Positions 39,001 through 51,000 of a stretch of DNA of 64,000 bases are shown here, in pieces. Source of the DNA: Mobula hypostoma. Taxonomy: Eukaryota. A program made the translations under genes and the position numbers. The stretch lies in NCBI RefSeq assembly GCF_963921235.1, contig NC_086104.1, positions 20,770,001 through 20,834,000 on the forward strand, given 5' to 3'. Each line of letters begins with the position of its first letter. Positions within the stretch are counted from its first letter, which is position 1. A model generated the notes under the pieces. It had not been told where the DNA came from, made no database searches, and saw nothing but the letters and a program-made list of their open reading frames with translations.

Positions 39001-42000
39001 TGATGCTTCAAACAAAGGTGCAACAAAGTGTTTCCCAATACTTCTGAGATACTTTCATTTTGAGAAGGGAGTGCAACATGTGTTACTTGACTTTTACAGC
39101 GATAACAATGAATCATCAGAGGACATAACAAATCAGCTACTGGTTAAACTAGAGACGTCAGGTCTAGATCTGAATAAAGTGTCTGCCTACACTGCTGACA
39201 ATGCAAGTGTAAACTATGGAAAACACAACAGTTTATCAAAAACTGAAAATGGCTCAAAAGAACATTATTGCTGCAAGTTGTCTGGCCCACATTTTGTACA
39301 ATGCAACAAGATTTGCTACAGGAAAACTGGAAATTGATGTTGAAAATATTGTGCTCAAAGTGTATGACCATTTCCGCATCTCAGCTAAAAGAACAGCACA
39401 GTTAAAGGAATTCTGTGAATTTGTGGATGTTGATAATTGTAATCCGTTATGTCATGTTGTGACTAGATGGCTCTCTCTTTTACCATCTATTGACAGAATA
39501 TTTAAGTGCTAGGAAGTCCTAAAAAGTTACTTTCAGAGTCTAGGTGAGGAGGAGTGCCCCAAGGTACTGTGGAAGTGCTTTGAAGATGAAGGAAATGCCT
39601 GTGAATCGTCGGAGATCTATTTCTTCTTCCTGAGTCACACTCTTAAATTGTTCTCAGACACTATTGAAGCACTAGAAGCCAAGTCAATAGACAACAGACA
39701 ACAGACAATAGGTGCAGAAGTAGACCATTCGGCCCTTCGAGCCTGCACCGCCATTCTGAGATCATGGCTAATCATCGACTATCAATACCCGGTTCCTGCC
39801 TTGTCCCCATAACCCTCGATTCCCCTATCCATAAGATACCTATCTAGCTCCTTCTTGAAAGCATCCAGAGAATTGGCCTCCACTGCCTTCTGAGGCAGCG
39901 CATTCCACACCTCCACAACTCTCTGGGAGAAATTGTTCCTCCTCAACTCTGTCCTAAATGACCTACCCCTTATTCTTGAACCATGCCCTCTGGTACTGGA
40001 CTCTCCCAGCATCTGGAACATATTTCCTGCCTCTATCTTGTCCAATCCCTTAATAATCTTATATGTCTCAATCAGATCCCCCCTCAATCTCCTTAATTCC
40101 AGCGTGTACAAGCCCAGTCTCTCTAACCTCTCTGCGTAACAGTCCGGACATCCCAGGAATTAATCTAGTGAACCTATGCTGCACCTCCTCCACAGCCAGG
40201 ATGTCCTTCCTTAACCCTGGGGACCAAAACTGCACACAATACTCTAGGTGTGGTCTCACCAGGGCCCTGTACAAATGCAAAAGGATTTCCTTGCTCTTGT
40301 ACTCCATTCCCTTTCTAATAAAGGCCAACATTCCATTAGCCTTCTTCACTGCCTGTTGCACTTGCTCATTCACCTTCAGAGACTGATGAACAAGTACTCC
40401 TAGATCTCTTTGTATTTCTCCCTTACCTAACTCCACACCATTCAGATAATAATCTGCCTTCCTGTTCTTGCTCCCAAAGTGAATAACCTCACACTTATTC
40501 ACATTAAACGCCATCTGCCAAGTTTCTGCCCACTCACCCAGCCTATCCAAGTCACCTTGAATTCTAACATCCTCATCACATGTCACACTGCCACCCAGCT
40601 TAGTATCATCAGCAAACGATGTTATTCACAATGCCTTCCTCTAAATCATTGACGTAAATCGTAAACAGCTGTGGTCCCAATACCGAGCCCTGTGGCACCC
40701 CACTAGTCATCACCTGCCATTCCGAGAAACACCCATTCACTGCTACCCTTTGCTTTCTATCTGCCACCCAGTTTTCTATCCATGTCAATATCCTCCCCCC
40801 AATGCCATGAGCTCTGATTTTACCCACCGATCTCCTATGTGGTACCTTATCAAATGCCTTCTGAAAGTCAAAGTACACCACATCCACTGGATCTCCAGCG
40901 TCTATCTTCCCGGTTACATCCTCGAAAAACTCCAATAGATTAGTCAAGCATGATTTGCCCTTGGTAAATCCATGCTGGCTCGGCCCAATCCTATCACTGC
41001 TATCAAGATATGCCGCTATTTCATCTTTAATAATGGACTCTAGCATCTTCCCCACTACTGATGTTAGGCTAACAGGGCGATAGTTCTCTGTTTTCTCCCT
41101 TTCTCCTTTCTTAAAAAGTGGGATAACATTAGCCATTCGCCAATCCTCAGGAACTGATCCTGAATCTAAGGAACATTGGAAAATGATCACCAATGCATCC
41201 ACAATTTCCAGAGCCATCTCCTTTAGTACCCTAGGATGCAGACCATCTGGACCTGGGGATTTGCTAGCCTTCAGTCCCATCAGTCTACTCATCACCGTTT
41301 CCTTCCTAATGTCAATCTGTTTCAGTTCCTCTGTTACCCTATGTCCTTGGTCCATCCATACATCTGGGAGATTGCTTGTGTCTTCCCTAGTGAAAACAGA
41401 TCCAAAGTACTTATTAAATTCGTCTGCCATTTCTCTGTTTCCCATAACGATTTCTCCCAATCCATTCTTCAAGGGCCCAACATTGTTCTTAACTATCTTT
41501 CTTCTCTTCACATACCTAAAAAAACATTTGCTATCCTCCTTTATATTCCTAGCTAGCTTGCGTTCATACCTCATTTTTTCTCCCCGTATTGCCTTTTTAG
41601 TTAAGTTCTGTTGCTCCTTAAAAATTTCCCAATCATACGTCTTCCCACTCACCTTAGCTCTGTTATATTTCTTTTTTAATGCTATGCTATCTCTGACTTC
41701 CTTTGTCAACCACTGTGGCCACTTTCCCCCCTTTGAATCCTTCCTTCTCCGGGGGATGAATTGATTTTGCACCTTGTGCATTATTCCCAAGAATACCTGC
41801 CATTGCTGTTCCACTGTCTTTTCTGCTAGGATATCCGACCAGTCAACTTTGGCCAGCTCCTCCCTCATGGCTCCATAGTCTCCTTTGTTCAACTGCAATA
41901 CTGACACTTTTGATCTGCCCTTATCCCTCTCAACTTGCAGATAAAAACTTATCATATTATGGTCACTACCTCCTAATGGCTCCTTTACTTCAAGATCACT

Positions 42001-45000
42001 TATCAAATCCTGTTCATTGCACAAGACTAAATCCAGAAAAGCCTTATCCCTGGTCGGCTCTCGTACAAGCTGCTCCAAAAATGCATCCCGTAGGCACTCT
42101 ACAAACTCCCTATCCTGGGGTCCAGTACCAACCTGATTTTCCCAGTTCACCTGCATGTTGAAATCCTCCATAACTACTGCGACATTTCCTTTGTCACATG
42201 CCATTGTTAACTCCCTATTCAACTTGCACCCAATGTCCATGCTACTGTTTGGGGGACTGTAGATAACACCTATTAGGGTCTTTTGCCCTTACTGTTCCTC
42301 AGTTCAATCCACACTGACTCTACTTCTCCTGATTCTACGTCCCCCCTTGCAAGGGACTAAATCTCATTCAACATAATTTCAGTACTTAAGCTAATGACTG
42401 AACTGAAAAGCAAACTTGAGAGAAGAGTAAAGGACTGTTTTTTTGGCTTTGCAGTGAACACCAAGCTTAGCCAGCTTACCCCGATGTGTCTAAGAAATGT
42501 GAAGCAGACTTCATTGTTTTCTACGAAAGAGTCATAAAGTACTTAAGAGACAGGTATGACTTCTCTGAAAACAGCTTTCAGAACAAAGTGTCAAAATTGA
42601 GCCTAACCTTTTGGAGAATTCTGTGAGGCAATTATCAATACTCCGGAGATGGTAGATAGCCATAGTGCAGAACATTATCTCAAGCTGTTCAGTAAATCTG
42701 AGGTCTCTTTTACAAATCTGAAGAAGGTGAGTGCTTATATCTTCTCTATTTCATGCAGCAATGCTCACACAGAACCAGTTTTTTCAATGATGACCTCAGC
42801 TTGGAGAAACGAGAGAAACCGTCTGCCAGTGGACTCAGTCAAAGCAGAGCTCCAAATCTGTAGAAGAGTGCCCAGCCATGTACAAAAAAGCTCCTGGCCA
42901 ACAGAAAACTCCTGGAGATGGCAAGTAAAGGGCAGATATACAAAAAATAGACAGCCATACCTGGCAGTCCATGGTAGGCCTAAGTAGGCTACTTCCTTTA
43001 GTTTGTGAAGTAAGTTAATTTGGTTAGCATATCTGCTTCAAAATGAATATTCATTTCTTTCAGTTATTTATACTGTATGAATGCATGTATGTAATATGCA
43101 GAATGATGAATCATTGAATAGGAAAAAGGACTCTGGCAGAAAATCACTGACCAATGATGAAATAGCTAGGTTTTTGCTGGATTTACATAGGCAAAAAAGT
43201 ATCATGTTAGAATTTTTATTTAATAAAAAAACTTAAGTGATATCTGTTTGCATTTGTGGTTTTTGTAAGATGGTTTAAATTTTATTTCAAAAATAAATTT
43301 TTTTGAACCGCACTGTATATATATGGTAACCTATGACCACGTATGCAATGTCCTCCTTTTTGGAAATTTGGAAATGGCCACCCTACCAGCAAGTGGTAAG
43401 AGTGGGCTCCCTCACCCCGCCCCTCTGACCCTCAATACAGGAACCCCTCAAGGCTGGGTCCTAAGCCCCCTCCTTTACTATCTGTATACCCATGACAGTG
43501 TCACCACCCAGAGCTCCAATCTGCTAATTAAATTTGCTGACGACACTACATTGATTGGCCTTATCTCAAATAATAACGAGGCAGCCGACAGAGAGGAAGT
43601 CATCACCCTGACACAGTGGTGTCAAGAAGACAACCTCTCCCTCAAGGTCACAAAAACAAAGGAGCTGGTTGTGGACTACAGGAGGAATGGAGACAGGCTA
43701 ACCCTTATTGACATAAATGGATCTGGGGTTGAGAGGGTGAACAGCTTTAAATTCCTCGGCATACACATCACCGAGGATCTCATGTGCTCTGTACATACTG
43801 GCTGCATGGTGAAAAAAGCACCTCAGATGGGTGAATTAGTTTGGCATAAGTCCCCAAATCCTAAAAACTTTTCATAGGGGCACAATTGAGAGCATCCTGA
43901 CTGGCTGCATCACTGCCTGGTATGGGAAATGTAATTCCCTCAATTTCAGGACTCTGCAGAGAGTGGTGCGGACAGCCCTAGCACATGTGTAGATGTGAAT
44001 TTCCACTATTCAGGACATTTACAGAGACAGGTCCGTAAAAATGGTCTGATTGGGGACATTGGGGACCCGGCTCACCCCAACCACAAACTGTTTCACCTGC
44101 TACCATCTGGGAAGCAGTATCGCAGCATTAAAGCCAGGACCAACATGCTCCTAGACCAATTAATTCACACTGATACAACTGTATTTCAATGTTATATTTA
44201 CTGTCCTGTTGTACGTACAATTTATTTTAAATTACTATAACTTGCACATTTAGACGGAGACGTAACAAAGATTTTTGCTGCTCACATATGTGAAAGATGT
44301 AAGAAATAAAGTCAATTCAATTCAGTAACTCCTCATCATCCAACACATACAGGATTTTGAGGCCCGATTAGCAAAATTTCCAGACTATGAAATGTTACTC
44401 ATTAATACTCCAGAACATTTTAATTCACCATTTCAGAGCTCACATAATAACTCAACTTTGTGCTTGTATACATTATCCATTCAGGGATAGTACTAAAATT
44501 TCACTAAGGAAACACCTAATTCAGTTTATTAATCATTCATACTTCTATTTTGTCCATCCTACAGAAAAAAAGTCTTTAAGTTTGAGGAAAGGAACAACTG
44601 GATTCTATTTAGTGTTTCTGTAGAATGCTATGAAACCTGCCATTTCATTAATTCAGGTTTGCAGACCCAATTATAAAATACTATGTTGATAGAATTATAA
44701 AACATGGAAAAGGCCCATCAGCCCAACTCATCCATGCAAACCAAGGTGCCCATCTACACTCATCTTATTTGTTCGCATTCAGTCCAGTATCCCTCAAAAT
44801 CTTTCCTGTCAATATGCCTGTGCACATTCCCTAAGTCTGCACACAGTCCATGTCCACATCCCATAATGCCTCTTTGGATCTACACCCCATCAGTATTCTC
44901 ACAGCTTGGCCCTGAATTTCAACCCTGTCTGCGAATTGAAGGGTGGATTAATTTGCAGGCACCCTTATATGCAAGGTTTATTGTGTGATATGGGACTAGG

Positions 45001-48000
45001 ATTAGAATTGGGAGATCCTGGGCAATATGGCTCAAAGGGCTTATTCTGCGCTGTAACTCAATAAATTTAAAAAAAAATACCTACCTCTACCACCTCCTCT
45101 AGTAGCTTATTCATATAACTACCATCCTGTGTTGCAATACCTGCCCCTCAAGTCCTTTAAATTTTTCACTACTCATCTCAAACCGATACCCTCCACTTTT
45201 AGACTCCCCTAACCTGGGAAAAAACTGACTCTACCCCATGTCACTCAATATTAGAAACTTCTCCAAGGTCACCCTTCTGCCTTCTATGTCCCAGTGAGAA
45301 TAAACGAGACCCAAGCACTCTCTCCTTACAACTCAAAGCCTCCAGTCCAAGCAACATTCCTGTGAATCTTTTCTGCACCTTCTCTAGCTTAATTAAATCC
45401 TTCCAATAGAATGGTGACAATACTCCAAGCATGGTCTGACCAGCAATTTGAACAACTACAACACAATGCCCCAATTTGTATACTCAATACCTCAATAGAA
45501 GATGCAAGCACAACATGCATCTCGTCAGCACTCTGTCCACCCATATTACCACTTTCAGGGAACCACGTACTTACACTTCAAGATCTCGTATTGTGAATAT
45601 CCAAGACTGATTCAACTTTCCAAGATGCATCATTTCACTTATTGGAGTTAAATTCAAATCAGCTATTCCCTTTGCCAATTTTCACAGTTGATCTACATCT
45701 CTGTTGTAACTTTCATTCTCCACAAGACTACCAACTTTGGAGTCATCAACAGACTTACTAATCACACCACCTATATTCTCCTCCAAATCATTAACACACA
45801 TGAAGAAAATGAATGACCTAGCACCAACTTCTGCAGTGCACCATAGATTACAGGGCTCCAATTTGTAAAGCAACCCTCCACTACCACCACCAGACTATTT
45901 CAGCACCCACCTCACCCTGGATCCCATGAATTCTAACTGAATGGAACAGCTTAACATGCATGATCTTGTCAAAGTCTTGGTAAAGTCCATGTGGATAATA
46001 TCCACAACCCTGCCTTTGTCAATGCTCTTGGCCTCTTCCTCAGAAAACTCAATCACCAAGTAGAATATCAAAAAAAGCATTAGAGACAACTGAATATGTA
46101 TTTTGAAAGCAATGTGGGATTACTGTAAAAATTTAAAGTTACAGGTCCAGTGGTTTTAGGCTATATCAGCAATAAAGCCATTGTATACATTTGCTAGAGA
46201 ATGTGGGGAGGAAAAAAATCAATCTACATCTTGTTCAATCATAAATTGATTGGTTCTGATGGAAAAAGAAAGTCAACACATGAAAGCACTATAAAACACC
46301 GCAGACAAGATTGTAAAAGTAATCTTCCCCATGATTCAAAGTTAAACATTACCTCAACCCTGATTGAAGGACGTCTCCAGCAGAACTACTAGCACCAACT
46401 TTAACCATCAACTTGGGATGGCTAAAAGGAAATAAATCACTAGCTTATATCTGCATGAGAAGATTGAACTAACCTGCATTGTATGTCTTCTTGAAGAGCA
46501 ATCATCATTGTTAACTGCTGCTCCATTTCTGGCTGGCTTGCTGAATCATTTTCACCTTTTAGAGGGTCATGTATTAACTTGATTTCACTTTCCCATGGCA
46601 AAATGTAGGTGTGTCCATAATATAGCCCTAGTGGTATCTTAGCTCTTGCATTTGTGCTGCCATAACGTCCGATCACTGTGATCTGCCAAGCAAAGGGAGG
46701 GTTTTTAAACACAGATTTTAAAAAGAAACAAAACTCCACACAATCTGTGAGGAACTTAACTTCGGCAGCATCAATGGAGGGGAATAAACAGTAGACGTTT
46801 TGGGCAGAGACTCATCAAAACTGGAAAGTATACACACATGCACCATCCACAGGCTTCGGCACGTACTGCACCACTGTACTGTACACACGGTATCACTACA
46901 ACTGATGTCATCCTCTCTAGCCAGTCATTGTTTCTGGTTCAACCAGGCTCTTAGGTACTTCAGTACCTTATATGAGAAATTTGAATTTTAATCATTGCCC
47001 CCTTGTGGCTACAGGGGTCAGGGGGTATGGAGGGAAGGCTGGGGCGGGGTTCTGAGTTGGATGATCAGCCATGATCATAATAAATGGCGGTGCAGGCTCG
47101 AAGGGCCGAATGGCCTACTCCTGCACCTATTTTCTATGTTTCTATGTTTATTATAAAGCTTGTCTATGTACACAACATTAGATTGTCTTTCTTCAAACCC
47201 AATAGAGCCATCACATGAAACATATACATTCATGAATTCCTGACTCAGTTATTCTCAGGTTGACCTGAACAGCATTCTATCCTCCAAACTTCAGTTATCT
47301 GAGCTGGTCAAATGCCAACTTACATCAAGTCCCACCTATCACAATTGTGGTCAAATAACTAATAATGACTTCCAGTCATTCAACATCTCAAATTCAAAAT
47401 CCTCATCCTTTGTAGTCTCTCCTACCTGAATGTACAGTACATTCTTCTCCAGCCCTGCCAAAGAACCCTCGCTGTGTGCTGTCTTTATAAGAAAATTCTC
47501 AAGTCCATCAGTAAATGGACAAAGGAGTTCCACTCCGTAGCTACCCACCTCTTATTCATAATCATAGTCATACTTTATTGATCCTGGGGAAAATTGGTTT
47601 TCATTACAGTTGCACCATAAATAATAAATAGTAATAGAACCATAAATAGTTAAATAGTAATCTGTAAATTATGCCAGTAAATTATGAAATAAGTCCAGGA
47701 CCAGCCTATTGGCTCAGGGTGTCTGACTCTCCAAGGGAGGAGTTGTAAAGTTTGATGGCCCTAGGCAGGAATGACTTCCTATGACGCTCTGTGCTGCATC
47801 TCGGTGGAATGAGTCTCTGGCTGAATGTACTCCTGTGCCCACCCAGTACATTATGTAGTGGATGGGAGACATTGACCAAGATGGCATGCAACTTAGACAG
47901 CATCCTCTTTTCAGACACCACCGTGAGAGAGTCCAGTTCCATCCCCACAACATCACTGGCCTTACGAATGAGTTTGTTGATTCTGTTGGTGTCTGCTACC

Positions 48001-51000
48001 CTCAGCCTGCTGCCCCAGCACATAACAGCAAACATGATCACACTGGCCACCACAGACTCGTAGAATATCCTCAGCATCGTCCGGCAGATGTTAAAGGACC
48101 TCAGTCTCCTCAGGAAATAGAGACGGCTCTGACCCTTCTTGTAGACAGCCTCAGTGTTCTTAGACCAGTCCAGTTTATTGTCAATTTGTATCCCCAGCTA
48201 TTTGTAATCCTCCACCATGTCCACACTGACCCCCTGGATGGAAACAGGAGTCACCGCTACCTTCGCTCTCCTCAGGTCTACCACCAGCTCCTTAGTCTTT
48301 TTCACATTAAGCTGCAGATAATTCTGCTCACACCACGTGACAAAGTTTCCTACCGTAGCCCTGTACTCAGCCTCATCTCCCTTGCTGATACATCCAACTA
48401 TGGCAGAGTCATCCGAAAACTTCTGAAGATGACAAGACTCTGTGCAGTAGTTGAAGTCCGAGGTGTAAATGGTGAAGAGAAAGGGAGACAAGAAAGTCCC
48501 CTGTGGAGCCCCAGTGCTGCTGATCACTCTGTCGGACACACAGTGTTGCAAGCACACGTACTGTGGTCTGCCAGTCAGGTAATCAAGAATCCATGATACC
48601 AGGGAAGCATCCACCTGCATTGCTGTCAGCTTCTCCCCCAGCAGAGCAGGGCGGATGGTGTTGAACGCACTGGAGAAGTTAAAAAAACATGATCCTCACA
48701 GTGCTCGCTGGCTTGTCCAGGTGGGCGTAGACACAGTTCAGCAGGTAGACGATGGCATCCTCAACTCCTAGTCGGGGCTGGTAGGCGAACTGGAGGGGAT
48801 CTAAATGTGGCCTGACCATAGGCTGCAGCAGCTCCAGAACAAGTCTCTCCAGGGTCTTCATGATGTGGGAGGTCAATGCCACCGGTCTGTAGTCATTGAG
48901 GCTGCTGGGACGCGACGTCTTCGGCACAGGGACGAGGCAGGACGTCTTCCACAGTACAGGAACCCTCCAGAGCCTCAGGCTCATGTTGAATACATGGCGA
49001 AGTACTCCACATAGCTGAGGGGCACAGGCTTTGAGCACCCTGGTACTGACACCATCTGGTCCTGCAGCCTTGCTTGGGTTGAGACGTTTCAGCTGTCTTC
49101 TTACCTGTAGAGCTGTGAAGCCCACCGTGGTGGTTTCGTGTGGGGCAGGGGTATAGTCATGAGAGCAGGGTGGGGGACTGTGAGGAGGGGTACGAAGGGG
49201 AGAGTGGAATATGTGTTGGTTGGGGGCCGACAACAGATGGCTCATGTGGGGGATGGGCAGGGGTCACAATTCTCCTTTAACCAAACTAGGCCCCAAATGT
49301 CAGTGTTTATCTCCTTATCAGGTCTAAATTTTGCCTTATTTTACTTGAAGATTCCTTGAGGTACTGTTAAAGAGTGGAATTACAGTGGAAGTTTTTGTTT
49401 TTCCATTTATCTTGGAAGCCACGTACCTTCATAAACCTGCAAACAGGTGGTGGCAATAAATCATGAAGAATTAATGAGTGTGTACTAATATCTGTGGCTA
49501 CCACTAAGCGTCGGCCATCCACTTCTTCTCCCAGTGTCCAAATGTCAATTGATAACGATGCTAGGTCTGCACAGGTTGGAATTAATATATCAGTCAAGAG
49601 TATTGGCCTCCCGAAGTCCAGTGTCACAAATCTTCTCGCCCCTAAAAATCAGATAAACAAAACAATTTAAATTGACATATTCTTCAATAATTAACAGTCG
49701 TATGAGCACTGTGCCAAGGATAAACAGAACAAGAACTAATACTCTATTTAGCCTGTAACAATAATCCAAAACTGGCAAAACCACCTTGCAACAGATACAA
49801 AAGTAGATCAACTGTTAAAATATAAAAATTTAAGTAATATAACAGATGGGTCATACACCATCTACAGAAACTCTGAAACAGCCAATGCTTCAGGTCTGTG
49901 ACCCTTTGTCAGAACACAAGCAATGTCCACTCTGCTCTCAGCTTCAAATGGTCCATCTGACTTGTCACTCCCCTCTCTGATCGCCATCCCAGGGTACAGG
50001 CTGACGACCAACATCTACCAGAAGCTTGCAGACTCAGAGCTATCATAATTGTACTCCCCCTCGCCCTTCCTCCCCTAAGAACTCCATTGCATTCTCTCAA
50101 TTCACATGCCTGTCAAAAAAAAACTTCAGATGGAGTGTTGAAGAATTGCAAACCTAAAATGTTGGCCATTTCTTCTTACACACTGCTTGACCCAGTTTTT
50201 CCAGCATCTGCAATCTTTTTATTTTCATTTAAGAATATATTTGCATTGGAAGTAATATAGAAGACTTATTTGATTCCTCAGATGTAGAGGTTGATGTATG
50301 AAGACAGATTTAGGCTAAAATCTTTTACAAGGTTTAGAAGTTAACTGATTAAAGCATAAAAGATTGAGGGGTAATATTGAGAGCAGATTTTACTTAATAG
50401 GACTTTCAAGAAAGGGGACATAGTTCAAAATTAGACAAGGGACAGCAGATGATGGAATTAGGAGTAAAAAAAAAAATGGTGGGAACTCTCTTGCTTCCGC
50501 AGATGCTGCTCAACCAGTTGAATTCTTTCAACAGTTTGTTTTGTTCAAAAATAAGAGATGACCCCTTTAAGGCCAAGACTGGGAGGAAGGGAACAAGGAT
50601 CAACAACATGTCTCAGAGGTTCATAACTCTGGAATTGTGTACCAGAGAACTATGAAGACAGTGTCACTGAATATAATCAAGGTAGAAATGGACAGAGCTG
50701 AATTAGGTTCGATTAGATTCAACTTTATTGTCATTGTGCTGAGTACAGATACAAAGCCAATGAAATGCAATTAGCATCTGACCAGAAATGCAAAGAATAG
50801 TGTTGTTTACAAAATAACGGCGAATAAAAAGTAGGTGCTACAGCACACAAATATAAAAGTACTGAGACAGCACAATATGGGTGCAATACTGCTTAGCGCT
50901 ATGATGTGAGGTTCAGCAGGGTCACAGCCTCAGGGAAGAAGCTCTTCCTGTGTCTGCTGGTGCAGGAGCGGAGGCTCCTGTAGCAACTACCGGATGGGAG

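Larger units (their letters stand above)
36906..43385 (+). mobile_element. hAT-superfamily DNA transposon with disrupted transposase, two nested insertions
   Basis: TIRs TAGGGAGGCC / TGGCCACCCTA; 8-bp TSD ccagcagg / ccagcaag; N-terminal zinc finger (FCTLCRCD...RH...KH), [33 protein letters not shown]...WRNERNRL dimerisation motif. Confidence 0.9.
36725..44324 (+). mobile_element. Rex1/Babar LINE split by a hAT transposon (pieces 36725-36905 and 43386-44324)
   Basis: RT reading ...[10 protein letters not shown]| resumes |QQVVRVGS...[13 protein letters not shown]...KFADDTT after 43386; aataaagtcaattcaattca tail. Confidence 0.87.

Noticed and set aside
41183-41764. 193-aa + strand ORF
   Set aside because: Antisense shadow of CR1 ORF2.
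47862-48596. 244-aa + strand ORF
   Set aside because: Antisense shadow of the Rex1/Babar RT on the minus strand.
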